The notes: generated from the letters alone by a model not told the origin. A stretch of 64,000 bases of DNA, filler included, from Octopus bimaculoides (GCF_001194135.2; 5 parts of 5 records of this genome joined end to end with filler, not necessarily neighbours in it), one strand, 5' to 3'; counted from the whole stretch's first letter, positions 1 through 13,260 are shown. Program-made: numbers and translations.

Positions 1-62
1 TTTTATAAATGTATACACGTGTTTATAAATATATGTTTATGTAGATATATACATAAACATAT

Positions 63-215
63 TCTTTTCTACTCTAGGCACAAGGCCCGAAATTTTTGGG
101 GAGGGTCCAGTCGATTAGATCGACCCAGTACGCAACTGGTACGACCCCGAAAGGATGAAAGGCAAAGTCGACCTTGGCGGAATTTGAACTCAGAACGTAA
201 AGACAGACGAAATAC
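63..215 (-). mobile_element. 5'-truncated tRNA-derived SINE, local family A (tail type 1)
   Basis: Minus strand reads ...GTTCTGAGTTCAAATTCCGCC-AAGGTCGACTTTGCCTTTCATCCTTTCGGGGTCG... ending in CTTGTGCCTAGAGTAGAAAAGAAT; same sequence recurs at 27603 and 32123. Confidence 0.8.
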
Positions 216-451
216 CTCATTTCTTTACTGCCCACAAGGGGCTGCACACAGAGGGGACAAACAAGGACAGACAAACGGATTAAGTCGATTATATCGACCC
301 CAGTAAGTAACTGATACTTATTTAATCAACCCCGAAAGGATAAAAGGCAGAGTCGACCTCGGCGGAATTTGAACTCAGAACGTAGCGGCAGACGAAATAC
401 GGCTAAGCATTTCGCACAGCGTGCTAACGTTTCTGTCAGGTCACCACCTTA
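216..451 (-). mobile_element. Full-length tRNA-derived SINE, local family A (tail type 2)
   Basis: A-box-like TGACAGAAACGTTAG and B-box GAGTTCAAATTCC on the minus strand; tail CCCCTTGTGGGCAGTAAAGAAAT shared with the copies at 40013 and 42624. Confidence 0.85.
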
Positions 452-469
452 TTTATACACAAATATTTA

Positions 470-685
470 TGCTTTTTATATCTCACTTGTTCTAGTTATT
501 TGACTGCAGCCGTGATGGGACACCGCCTTGAAAAATTTCGGTCAAACGAATCGACACCAGTAGTTATTTTGTTTTCAAAGCTTGTTATTTATTCTACCGG
601 TTTCTTTTGTCAAGACCCTACGATATGAGAACAGAAACACACTAACACTAGCTGTCAAGCGAACGTAGGGGACAACCTCTCCCAC
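470..685 (-). mobile_element. Degenerate 3' half of SINE local family B
   Basis: Similar to 17617-17820 (atttgactg..caccgcctt..atcgac..cacc/acac..tgtcaagcg..ggggacaa). Confidence 0.55.
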
Positions 686-695
686 ATAATATATA

Positions 696-845
696 TTGGG
701 TCATCCCATAAATAATGCGGTTTTCTCATATTCTTAGTGGAAGCTTTGAAGCGTGCAGTTCGATTTTAAGTTATTTTTTGAAAGTTATAATGGAAGTAAC
801 AAAGGAGAATATTCGGCATATTTTGCTGTATGTGTAATTTTATTC
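696..845 (+). mobile_element. Mariner 5' fragment (left TIR plus transposase start)
   Basis: TA followed by TTGGGTCATCCCATAAATAATGCGG; ATG at 790 gives MEVTKENIRHILLYV, a mariner N-terminal motif (IRH.LLY); related TIR at 23375. Confidence 0.7.
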
Positions 846-848
846 GCT

Positions 849-1781
849 GAGTGCGAGGATGCATTATTTTGCGGGAATATTATGGTTGTCTTGAAGGTGA
901 TCCTTTGCTTTTCCCCTCAGAAAGGCTATGTAAGCACCCGCAGTCATTTTAACACCGTCTGGCACTTTTCAAGGACTAGCCATAATATCTCCAAAATACC
1001 TGCCCTAATCATGATGCCACCGCCCCACCCCATGCTTGTGGCTCGGGCGTTGGTGATGATCTCATCCATTTACAGCCCATTCCTTGCTCCAGTCATCAAG
1101 TCCATCAAGGGTAGCACGCGTTTCGTCCGTAAACAAAACTTTTAAAAAGTCGACCATCATGTTATCTTCTGCTTATTTCAGACGGTTTTGTATGTGTATT
1201 TTGTATAAAAGAGGTCTTGTTACTAATGTCACTAGTTTACCGACTTTTTCAGAAGATGACATCGAGCAGTTCTGAACACAGTCGTTTCGCCAATGCGCTT
1301 GAAAAGTTCTCCATTTCTAAGACCTGGATTCTTTACAGATTCATGCTTAATTTATGACAGAGAACATTGACAAACAGTCCTCGACTGACCTTTGTTGGCT
1401 CTTTTATGTATCTTCGTAGGAGCTGTAACAAATGTTTTCATCGTTTGGTGATATCTTCCAATTATTTCAGATATTTCTAAGTTTGATTTATTTTTTGCAA
1501 GTTTAGAAGTATTAACAGATTTCTCTGAAGCGGTTAGCTCACATTTACGACCCATAATCATAAGATTATCAGACTTCTCGTTAATAATTTAGAATACTGA
1601 AAGTTCATGGAAATCATGCAAATGGCCGCAGTTTGTTTACACTTGCACAAAACCTCACGTTTTTTACACACCACGCGCATAAACTGTTACCATCATTCTG
1701 TGGCAATTTCGTTGAATTACGAGTAGTTTTTCAATAAAATGAAAAAAATGTTACGTCGTTAATAATTTGAAACGCAGAGTA
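849..1781 (-). mobile_element. Tc1-like transposase pseudogene
   Basis: Minus-strand MGRKCELTASEK..LEISEIIGRYHQTMKTFV (HTH region, ORF 1352-1561) and KVLFTDETRATLDGLDDWSKEW...GGGIMI (first catalytic D region); TIR-like CTCTGCGTTTCAAATTATTA abuts (TA)n at about 1781; stops and frameshifts present. Confidence 0.8.
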
Positions 1782-4700
1782 TATATATATATATGTATGT
1801 ATATACGGGAGGGACTTGTATGTATGGATGTACGTATACATGAATATATAAATGAGTAACTACATATACAAGAGTAAGAACTTGGTAAAGATATGAAATG
1901 CTAGGATAAATACCAATTCTTATTTATCTAGCATTGATTTGTGCGCAATGGAGTAAAAACCTGTAATACACTGGATTCGTTCAACTACAGTCACTGTGCA
2001 TTATTTTCCCTTTATTATCTACATGAACTCACTTTAGCACAATTACACAGACACATATATTGTCAGTCTCGAATTCTGAAAGAACTAGCGTCGTGGAAAC
2101 TTTAAGAAAGTTTCAATAATGATAAGAAATATCATTTTGACTCTGTTGGTTGTTTTATTCAGTGCATTTTTAATCTACGTAAATACACAAATCTATAAAA
2201 CAAACAATCATATACACACACATATGCACGCGCGCACGCGGACACACACACAGATATACATACATGTCTTCGCGTGTGCGTTCTGTATATAGAGGCTTAA
2301 ACACAATCATACGAACTAGACAGGAAGCTATAGATAACTGGGTGAATTTAGCGAGTTTAAATTTCTATTTGAATTCATAATGGCCAACGACTAGAGAGAA
2401 AATATGCACCAGATGACATTTAAACAGAAAGATGTGTTAAAGTGCTTAATACGGGTATGGGTGGTTGATGAGGTACAGGCAAGATATGCAGATACATCGA
2501 AGAATTTAAGATGATAACGGTCTTCGTGTCGATCAGTGTAATTCCTTGCTAGTTTTCTTACTCTTAGTGCATAAGCTACCGCTTCCCTATCTTCCGATGA
2601 TTACTGTCCCTCTACCAGACATTAAGATAATGGAGAAGTCAATGAAGATTTTTGCGCTTCAAACGGACTTTTGATGCAGATCAGCATCGTTGTTAGAAAT
2701 AAGATATCTTACATCTCATTCTTATGCTGAAAGGAATATCATAAACTCCACCAAAATCTAAACAGAAGGAACTATTAAATCAGCAAGACATTTCTTCTTT
2801 GATACCAAAATTTGATCGTTATATATTATTAGTACCGTCAGGTCGATTAGAACTAAAACGTTTGATTCATTTGTATATCTGTCTGTCACATCTATTAATT
2901 CCTGTGTAAATCATCATCTTTTTCAGCTCTGTCCGATAGAAATTGCAAGTGAGAATAGTCAACTGTCATAAGGCGCTATGCATCCTTTCTTTGTATCATA
3001 TATTAACAGACCAGACTAATTCAACCGTCACTTTAGCGTACTGCAATACTAAACTATGTCTTCAGTCTTTAAAATATCATCTTATGCATTGATACAGCTA
3101 CGCTCAATCTTCATCTGTTATACTTCCGCATACGCTTCCATATCTCTCCTTCTCTTCATTATTCAATATTGCACGATTTCAATAAATTAACCAGGCTGTA
3201 AACATTATTTATGAACCATAGATCCCGACATCATACTACTATTCGCATTTGACAGTCTAGTCGTAGTAGTAAAGTCGCATAACAAATCACATTCACAACA
3301 CATCAGTTACGTAAACAATACAAACCATCAGGCAAACTCATTTTAGGCGATCTAATACGCGATAATATCGTATCATGAGCTGCATTCTTCACACGCTACA
3401 GATTACAGCAAATTTTCTAGTTGGAACCAGACATATATGTCCTGAACAGTTATGAATACTTTATAAGGTCCCAAATATAACTTATTTTACTGACATGGCT
3501 TGGGTGGCAAATATATAGCATGCATAACTTCTCATTCAATACAAATCCGATCACCTTGTAGGCAAATAAAATTTCCACGAAGACAATCCAGTTACTGACC
3601 TACTGAGCACCGTGATGTTGTACCCTCCATTTTTTCCGTTGTTGCAAAGATAATACTTTTCCTCTTATAACTTTAGGTACCCTTTTCTAAATTCTCTCCA
3701 TCTATCCCCATATCTTTACTTTATGTTATCAATTTTTGTTGTATACAAAATGATAAACTCGTACATAATTCATAATTCATAATTCTATCTCTTCACACAC
3801 ACATACCAGTTACTAATTTTCATTTTAAAATATTCTGTACTGTGTATTGGAAATGATCTTAGAGAGATAGATAAGTTTTTGCAGATGTAGATTAGTAACA
3901 CTTAAGAGATAATATATAATCAGTTTTCTTCAATCATTTTTATATTTTTCATGTCACCCCTTTTGGTCAACATTGATTATAAATATTGCGGTGTTGCAAG
4001 ATACTTTTCTAAATGTTTTCAGACAGTCTTCACTACAAGAACATTTTGACCGAATCCACGATCTGACATGAAAACTCTTCGCTAAAATTAACATTGAACT
4101 CAATGCATTGGTGCTATTGAATCTACACTAACAATATTTAAAAGTAATCTGCATGAATAAACCCGACTTTTATTTCTAGGCCACGACATAATTTATATTC
4201 GTAAAACCGTCAATTAACTTCAGAGAATTTAGCTAGACATGCTATATTTACTCAGAGAATAGGGAAATAAATAACAATAGGCATAAGATTCACAGTTTAA
4301 AAAGATACAGAAGTGGTCTATGATGTTATAAAATAACTTCCATATAATTAGGGCATATGTTTTTGCCGCACACCTCAATCGTCATCAATAATTTTCTTCA
4401 AGAAAATCTGGTACTGTATTTGCTTTTATATCTATGATGTAAATCAGTGTCTTCATTAACCTAAACATAAAAGAAATATAAGTTCTGGATTGAACGGTTA
4501 AAATAAAGAAGAATTATTGAAAATATTTTAGAATTTATCTTGAGTCTAAACAAGTTTACCACAGATTATTACAGTAAAAGAAAGTGGTGTTTTTTTTTTC
4601 ATATCAGTAACGTAAAACTAGTAATCCAGAATTAAAATAAGTAGAGAGTCGATATGTTGATGTAAGTTGTAAAGTTGTCAACATTCTTTGCTTTAAGTGA

Positions 4701-5154
4701 AAGAATGTAGGTGAAAAAGTTCGAAATAATTCAGATGGGTTCTCAGGCAGGATTTTTCAATGAAATTTTCGTTAAATGTCCCTTCTAGCATCTTAACTGC
4801 TAACTATACAGCAATATTTTTCACATATATTAACATTTTCTTTGGGGGAGTAACACTTCTCATGCTATATTAACCGTATGAAATAGCAAATTAATCATAA
4901 CATAAGATATCTGCTGAAAATCTCTTGAGGCGATGTACAACTTATAAAGATAATTTGCTACAAATAAATTTGTAAAACATATCTCATACATGTTTTATTT
5001 TAGAGATAGTCTGAGGTTTTTCTGACAAGCACGAATTTAAACAATATTTATTTTTAAAGAGAATTCCTATAATTTGAAATGTTTTTTATTCTTCTTGTTA
5101 TCGAAAATTTTATTTTACCGACACCACTCGTGGGTAATTTAATATTGATTGCAA

Positions 5155-5358
5155 ATCGTAGCATAAGACCAGCAGTTTCGGGAAGGGGTTAAGTCGTCTA
5201 CCGTGATCCCAATGCTCAACTGGTACTTATTTTATCAACCCAGAAAGGATGAAAGGCAAAGTCGACCTGGGCGGAATACAAACTCAGAAAGCAAAGACGG
5301 ACAAATTGCTGCTAAAAATGTTGCCCAGCGTGCAATCCATTCTTCCAGCTGACCCCTA
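5155..5358 (-). mobile_element. Degenerate SINE family A
   Basis: Core aaaggatgaaaggcaaagtcgacctgggcggaat..aactcagaa matches the other family A copies. Confidence 0.75.
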
Positions 5359-5533
5359 CCTCCTGGGAAACTTAATATTAATAACATTTGAATATTTTGC
5401 GATTTTAAATGTTTACTCAATCATGAAATCTCACACACAAACACACTTGTGGAGCATTATACAAGGAAACATATCAGTTGCTGTAGACAAGAACAGACAA
5501 TATGAAAACATACGAGCACGTGCCATGATAGTT

Positions 5534-5890
5534 GTGGCACTCCGTCGGTTACGACGACGAGGGTTCCAGTTGATCCAATCAACGGAACAGCCTGCTCGTG
5601 AAATTAACGTGCAAGTGGCTGAGCACTCCACAGACACGTGTACCCTTAACGTAGTTCTCGGGAAGAAGGTTGGCCTTTTGAAATACAAGTACAACAGAAG
5701 AAACAGGAAGAAAGAGTGAGAGAAAGCTGTGCTGAAAATGTACAATAGGGTTCGCCACCACTCCTGTCGGAGCCTCGTGAAACTTTAGGTGTTTTCGCTC
5801 AATAAACATTCACAACACCGGTCTGGGAATCGAAACCGTGATCCTACAACTGCGAGTCCGCTATCCTAACCACTAGGCCATTGTGCCTCC
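5534..5890 (-). mobile_element. tRNA-derived SINE, local family C
   Basis: Minus-strand head GGAGGCACAATGGCCTAGTGG (A box) ... GGTTTCGATTCCC (B box); highly similar to 42203-42557. Confidence 0.85.
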
Positions 5891-6812
5891 GCTATGATAG
5901 TACTGCTCAACGGAAAAGAGTGCACTACTGACTGTGATCTGTAACCTGCTCATTAAATCAGTTTAAATACGCTTCATGCTCTGTACTTTTATTCTGATTA
6001 ATACGTGAAGTTTTCCGATATTTTTACGACGGCAGACAAAGTCGAGAGATATGTGTGCAGCAAATACTAGAGGAATTTTGGTAAATTTTGCTACTAAAAC
6101 TCTAGAAATACTTCGTTAGACTTTTGGCGAATTTTCTTTAGCCGCGTACATTTCAAGGTTTTTCGAGTGTCAGCTAAACGTGACAATTTTTCCTGATGAA
6201 CAATCATAAGTGAAACACCAAAAAATCCTCCCAAAAACAACACCAAAAATATGTAATGAAACTATGGTAACTGTGGTACAAGTGCAATGGGCTGCTGCAT
6301 CATAACATTACATCCAACTCACATGTCCCTAAAGACGATGTAGTGTTTGACAAGGAACAAAATGCGGTGTCTTTTCAGACTCTTTGTACTCGCTTGACCT
6401 ATCCCTGTAACTTTTTTGTGCTTCACATAATGACATTGACTTTGATAAGATAGTGCTTCTTGACGGTAGATGAAACTCAAATGGAAGGCCAAGCGGTATT
6501 TAACGGTCTTTAGGGAGATGACTTCTGCAATGCCTTTGAGGTGTAGAAGCAGTACTGGGAAGGGTATACATGCTTTCAGGGAGATTATTCGAAAGGGATG
6601 GTACCCGAATATATAAATTTCATTATTTACAGAAATTCTGGTCTGGGAAATTTCTGATATCACTTATAAGTTATTTCTCTTTTGCTGAACCGTATAAAGG
6701 CCTTAAGGTTGACTTCTTTTCTGCAATCTGAGAAAGAGTTGCAATAATCAAAACTGTTGTACAAAGACTGGAGCAAGCAGAAATGAGAATGTGAAAATCT
6801 CTTATTACACAA

Positions 6813-6813
<1 letters not shown>

Positions 6814-6855
<42 letters not shown>
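6814..6855. repeat. (CA)n microsatellite
   Basis: Direct reading; explains the THTH/CVCV ORFs. Confidence 0.95.
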
Positions 6856-6859
<4 letters not shown>

Positions 6860-6934
6860 CGTGCATACATAGACACACGGGCGTACACTCACACGGATTC
6901 GCCCCCACACACGGACGGATACGCGCGCCTGCGT

Positions 6935-7100
6935 ACGATTTGCTTTCAGTTTCTATCTATAAAATTTACTCACAAGAGTTTGGTCGACCTGGTGTTATAG
7001 TGGAAGACACTTGCCCAAGGTGCCATGTAGTGATTCGGAAGTCGAAACGGTGTGGTTTGGAAGCAAGCTTTTTACCACACAACTATGCCTGAACCTATAC
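6935..7100 (-). mobile_element. Degenerate 5' half of SINE family B
   Basis: ctcacaagagtttggtcgacc..gaagacacttgcccaaggtgcca..aagcaagctttttaccacaca matches 38188-38352. Confidence 0.7.
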
Positions 7101-7430
7101 AATACTGTACAAACACGCGCCCGCGTGCACATGCATACATATATACACAATATATATATGTATGTATTTGCGTATTATACATACACAAGGTGCGCGAGTT
7201 ATTTGAGGGCACTTAGTCATCAGTATATTACTCTCATCAAAGGTCAACCTTACCTTTATCTCTTTGGGGATCGATAAAATAAGCACCATTTGAAGACTGG
7301 AGTTGATGTAATCGATTTACTCCCCACCTAACATTGTGTCAAAATTTGAAACCAATATTACACTCATTTAACTAATTACGTCTTCATTTCTTTCAGGTCT
7401 TCCGTTACAAATAAAATGCTAACACGTGAA

Positions 7431-8067
7431 ATGAAAAGTCATGCAGCCATTGTTGCTATATGCGCAGAACACAGCGAATAGACAATTCTCTAAATGTTGG
7501 ATGGTCTTTTGAACACAAACCTCGGATGGAACTCGAAGACTCTGGAGAGAATTTTTCAAATATATCAAAGAGAAAAACAAAACATTCTACATATTCAGAC
7601 ACTATAAGGACATCTTAATTTATCATCAGGTTCAAAACACTATCGATAATGTCCTCGAAAAATGAATAAGGACCATCGCCAAAGAACTCCAGGTGTTGGA
7701 GTGGGCTATTTCATTGTGGAGCACAAGGGCATTCGATACAAGATGCCAAATCATATCTGCAAGGACATGGATAAAACGTTTGATCCGTAGCAAGCTGTTT
7801 CTTAATTAGGTTTTAAAATCTCGTGAACATGGCAAGCTTTGGCTCATTTCTGATGAGAAAATCTTCGAACAAGACCACTAAGTGATGCACACTAAAATTC
7901 TAGCTACTGTGATGAGTAACGAAGGCCATCTCAAATCTTTTTACAGGGTTCGAATTAATGCTGCTAGACACTTTGAGTTATTCGAAACAATTGTTAAGCT
8001 GTGGATGGATGACGTACGCAGTGAGAACCTATACGTATTTCAACAAGACTCAGTGATACCAGCATAA
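7431..8067 (+). mobile_element. Decayed Tc1/mariner-superfamily transposase (third lineage)
   Basis: Fragments MKSHAAIVAICAEHSE, WLISDEKIFEQD, MHTKILATVM-SNEGH, NLYVFQQDSV recall FSDEKNF..VMHTKFPA.VM..SNEGH..YVFQQDSAP transposases; many indels. Confidence 0.7.
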
Positions 8068-8646
8068 TTTTATTTATTTATTATTTTTTTTTACATTCCT
8101 GAAATAACAGCAGTGTTCAGTAAATTGCTGTGAAATATATTTTAGGAGATTTATTATCAAAATCTCTACATTATTATAGGCGCTGGCATGGCTGTGTGGT
8201 TAAGAAGTTTTCTTCGCAACGGCTTGGTTTCGGTATCTTTTGAGAGTGAAATTAATAGTTAGAAACTGTAGAAACTATATGGAAGGCGTCCCATATCTGT
8301 CTGTCTGTCTATCTGTCTATCTGTCTATCTCTCTATCTAGCTAGCTAGCTATCCCAAGGACTGTAAAAAGTAAAAGGAAGAATAGCCAAAATGAAAATTT
8401 GAACAAGTGAAATGAAATTTGGCGTGTATAAAGTTGTTTGTCTTAATCAAAAGTGATCGATTTTAAAGTGCTACAGTAGTGCTTAGACATTCTGCGAAAG
8501 TCTCTAGGTATAAGTAATGTTGTTGGGGTGGTGGAAGTGCAAGTTCTACAGCCTTGAATTGCATCGTTTGTCTATTTAGCTGGCACTGATTCCAAGTCAT
8601 CATTTGCTGATGGATTAATCGTAGTGTTAGCATTTGTGTATGCCTC

Positions 8647-8650
<4 letters not shown>

Positions 8651-8735
<85 letters not shown>
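8651..8735. repeat. (TG)n microsatellite
   Basis: Direct reading. Confidence 0.95.
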
Positions 8736-8738
<3 letters not shown>

Positions 8739-10193
8739 AGTGTACGTGAGATGCCTGTTATGATGCATAGAGCTTTGAGAGTAGTGGTTGATATGTGATA
8801 ACGTTCAAAGAGGCAAGGACAGTGCTCCGAGATGGAGAATATAGTGAAAAGAATTGTTGTGCAAAAAGCCATAAATGAATAACTAAATAAAGAAATTGAA
8901 TTAATAAAATATCAAAAAGAATTTATGAAGAAATTGTTGGGCTCAAGCCATGTTATTTGTAAATACAGTTTCATTTACTTCCATATATTCTTATTATTAC
9001 TTTAATTTATTTTGCTTTGCGTTATTTTATGCTGAAAATTCGTCAGATTTGATAGTGTCTTAAAACGACGTCAATTTTTCTGTTTATGAAGAGCAGATGT
9101 TGACATGTCAAGTCATGTGATGTTATTTGCTTGTTTGTTCAGAAGTGAAGAAATGCATATAATGTGAGATAAAGGGGAAAGTGGGAGTGTCGGGTGGCGT
9201 AAGTAGGAGTACTGAGGGCGAAAAACACTAAACTTTTACTATAAAATGTCTTAGCTTGAAATGAAACCTTTTATTTCGTTTTTTTAGGTAGAAAATTTGT
9301 TTTGTTCTGTTTGCTTTATTTATTATGTGTTTTTGTATTCTAATCAATTTTATTTTTTCAAGGAGACTTTTTATTTCGACATTCCAAATACAAAATCTTG
9401 AGAAATTTCGCGTTTACAGCAACTCAAGAGGTTATTTTCAAACGGTATAGCTATTGCTTTTGTTGTTTTCAGTATCTATGATGTAACTATTTTTCTTCTT
9501 GTTAATGTTATTGTCGCAGATGTTGTTTTATTACTTGTGATGCTTGATGCATGCTGTTATTGCTATCCTGCCTTGTGTTTTTCTCTTGTTACTGTTATCA
9601 GCGCTGTTTGAGGAAGGGACCAGACTCAGAGCTCAAACTCTCCTACAGACATTACACATACGGGAGCTTACACCCCAGTTTAAATCAGTATCATATAGCT
9701 CAGCTTTATACACTGTAAGACGCTTACATCAGTGATATGTACTTCCTCATGGTACCTATTTTCCTGGAAAGTATAACGTTTTTGCATTGAAAGTATGAGG
9801 TCCCTCTTCATTTGATTGCTTATAGCGACAAATAAACAAGCTGCAGCAGTTGTTATCGTTTTTTATTACAGCTAATGTAATGTTTCATTATTCGTTGTTG
9901 TTCTTGCTGATTTTATTGCTGTGGGTTAAGCAATACACTTGTTCCTGTAAATGCTGGTGATGGTGTTGTAGTTATTATCTTTATCGTTTTCATTTTTGCT
10001 TCATTGCTGTTGTTCTTTTTATTCCTGCTGGTGTTAATGTTACTGCGGTAGACATATTTGATACCCTGCTGTTTGCTGTTGTTGTTAAGGTTGTTTACAT
10101 TGTAAACGTTGTCGTCACTGTTGTTATTTTTATTATAGTTGATGCTATTATTCTTGTAAACGCTTATGTGTATGTTCGTATGTCTGTGTGCAT

Positions 10194-10313
<120 letters not shown>

Positions 10314-10891
10314 AAGAGAAAGAAGAGAGAAAGGGAGGGCATATGTTTGCTCTTATATAAGGTAAGTATGATTGCAAAACCAGGATGTAAAGGTTAGTTC
10401 AATTGGTCTTAGTACTTCTTCCTCCGATGAGTACTTTTGTTCATAAAGTTTAATTAACGAAAACTTTAATCCACATACGACAAAAAACATGCATCCGACA
10501 AAACACACGCGCACATCCATTAATGTGTGTCTCTCCTCACTTCTCGGTATATATATGTAGTGTGCCTTTTGAACGTCGGATAGAATGCTTTGCAATATTT
10601 CTTCTGGATCTCTGCACTGAGAGTTCAAATCTTGTATACAATCATCTCTTCGAGGTGAGAAACGGTGCATTTGAGATGCGGATAACAGTGACAGGCTTTC
10701 AATAGCAGTAGGAGTAAATTGGCGATAGGGACAACATCTCGGTTGCGTTCATGCAAAAATGAGGAGAGCTTGCTTTAAATTAGAATAAACTCTAGGACAG
10801 GAAAGCAAAACAAAACAAAGAACAATGTGATCTCTAGCGTTAGATAAACGTTGTGCTGTTTGGAGCGCTGTTTAAGATATATTCAATTTTC

Positions 10892-11481
10892 GGATCTATT
10901 TTAAAACGGGGGCCACATTTTTCATTAATGTTTTACGTAATGTTTTTGGTACGGAAAGACTTTCAAACTTCGTATACTTATCTATTTTGTGTTATAGAAC
11001 AGAAAAATATTTTTGTATTCGAATTTATTTCATGTAAAAAATTGTCTTATTTCGATAATTTCAATCAATCACTGACAAGTATTGTTGTTTACATTTACTC
11101 CTTTGGCTAATTAAGCGATGTAAAGCGTATTTAATCTCTATACCTTCATTTTATTTGCTTTTTTCATTTTAAATTTGCTTTAACCCTAACCCTAACCCTA
11201 ACCCTAGGGTTAGGGTTAGGGTTAGGGTTAGGGTTAGGGTTAATTGTTTCAGAATCGTTTGTTTATGTAGTCGGCACTTAATGTGTATCGGCTGGATGGA
11301 CGTCAGTGATTGGTTGAAATTACAGAAATACGACAAATTTAACATGGAATAACTTATGGATTTCTTTTTTTTTTAAGAAGACTAAGAGAAAAAGATGTTT
11401 TATATGACACATTCTACCAGTGTTCCAAGTTTCAAAGTGCTTCGTTAATGAAAAATGTGGCCCCCGTTTTAAAAAAGATCC
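10892..11481. mobile_element. Foldback MITE with 37-bp TIRs and an 8-bp TSD
   Basis: TIR GGATCT(A/T)TTTTAAAACGGGGGCCACATTTTTCATTAA at both ends (1 mismatch); CAATTTTC duplicated at 10884-10891 and 11482-11489; inner inverted blocks at 11056-11076 and 11302-11322. Confidence 0.9.
11181..11242. repeat. Inverted telomere-type array (TAACCC)4-(TAGGGT)6 inside the MITE
   Basis: Direct reading; palindrome centre CCCTAGGG at 11202-11209. Confidence 0.9.
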
Positions 11482-12484
11482 CAATTTTCTTCTAATTTTC
11501 AACTCTCCATTTGTATTTATACACAGTCCTCACACCTACCCATCTTTTACTAGTCTGCATTAATTCAAGTTTAACACTCAATCGTAGTAATTTAGAAGAA
11601 CTTGTGGTATATTTAATTATTCTGTTCGTCATTTAATAAAGTATTGTGACAACAATCACGCAGTACAGTGGGCTAGATAGAGTTTTAGATAAATTAAATT
11701 GGAGAAAACTCTCGGTTAAACGAGTCTGTAACTTGACTGGTACCATTTAACTCGTCGACCTAAGCTACGACAGTATACTCATTCAACTAATACTTTGCAG
11801 ATATACATGAACACATGACTTCATATTCTTTTCTTTATAATTCTTATGATTTTTGCCTTGACTTGGACTGCAGAAGCTATTATTCTTTTTTAAAAAGAGA
11901 GAATCGAAAAGGAGATACTACCCGTTTTACAATGTACAGACGATTTGTCTGGTTTGTAACTAACTGTGAAAACAAATGAATATATTTTAGTATAGTGCTG
12001 GCGTTTTGTGATTCTTCTGGGTAGTTCTTATTCTATTAATAACCACTAAATCTATTGGGAGAGATATATACTCCCCAGTGTCCGCAATGTGATAAAATTA
12101 ATAACTATTGAGGAATACAGGGTTAATAACTTTTGATGAATACTAACTGTGCAACTGCGTATAATAGACATTCTAGAGCTGAAAAAGATTTTCTCTTGCC
12201 GAATTTGGTCGTAATTTTGTTGTAAGTTCAAGTCTTCATTTCTATGTACATAACATCATTACTAATCATTTAAAAGAAATAACATCATTACTAATCATTG
12301 AAAAGAAAGAAAAAAAATATTAATATAAATTGTCAGCTAGTACAACTTGTCACATACACTTACCTTGCTTCCTAAAATATAATGGTATTTCAAGTGTAAA
12401 CCGTTCGTTCAAGAGATAAGTAGTTTTGTTCTGTTTCATCGGAGTTATACAGAACTGAGAACAGTTTAAGAAAATTGAATAATG

Positions 12485-12522
<38 letters not shown>

Positions 12523-13162
12523 CACAGCAATGCAGTTAATATATGTTTGTACATAAACGCACAGGCATACATTAAAAACAAATTGTAATGTACCTCCATA
12601 TTTATATATTTTAACAGAGTAATATCGATTTCTGATTTGGGCACAATGCCAAAAATTTTGAAGAGAAGTTAGTCGATACCATTGAGTATTAGAAAGATTT
12701 TTTTATTTCCATTGAACTTGGAGAAATGAAAGGAAAATTTGACAACAGCATGATTTGAACCAAGAGCGTAAATAGTCGGAGAAATACAGCAAAACATTTC
12801 TTATGACATTATGAAATTTCTGCCAGCTCATGGGAATAATATTAACATGATATTATATACTTCCTCATACGTTTAATTTAATTACATTCATTATAAAAAG
12901 AGTGATCAAGTTACAATGGAAGTAGTATAAAATTCCATATATTTTTATTAACTTTTTTCTTAATGCTACACAATGAGTTTTCTCATCGTGCATTAGTTTA
13001 GATTGCTCTCACAGCACGTAGATAATAACTACTTTATAAAAACACATATTCAAATACATGTATTTATAAATATTACATATGTGTATTCCTCCGCAACAGC
13101 AACAAACCCGGCAAGAACAAGAGCAATGTTTGTAAATAAACGGTCTTCAATATTTCAAAAGT

Positions 13163-13260
<98 letters not shown>

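Noticed and set aside
753-1145. 130-aa plus-strand ORF
   Set aside because: Mostly the antisense shadow of the Tc1 remnant plus a mariner 5' fragment.
1900-3800. Possible ancient LINE on the minus strand
   Set aside because: Only vague motif traces; no continuous recognisable peptide.
5249-5719. 156-aa ORF
   Set aside because: Runs through two SINEs in antisense; no coding signature.
5820-5890. tRNA genes at A/B-box-containing heads (also 32280-32336, 36280-36343, 38290-38352)
   Set aside because: They continue into SINE bodies and do not form complete cloverleaves; SINE heads, not tRNA genes.
6185-6225. CTGATGA-AC..GT-GAAA-CACC hammerhead-like string
   Set aside because: Stem II is only 2 bp, the cleavage triplet is lost and stem I is only poly-T/poly-A; cannot be distinguished from chance.
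6319-6663. 114-aa minus-strand ORF with a GTGAGT near its end
   Set aside because: No recognisable motif, no good acceptor; within chance expectation.
11181-11242. Ancient telomere-telomere fusion site
   Set aside because: Polarity is (CCCTAA)n(TTAGGG)n, opposite to a fusion, and the array sits inside a TSD-flanked MITE.
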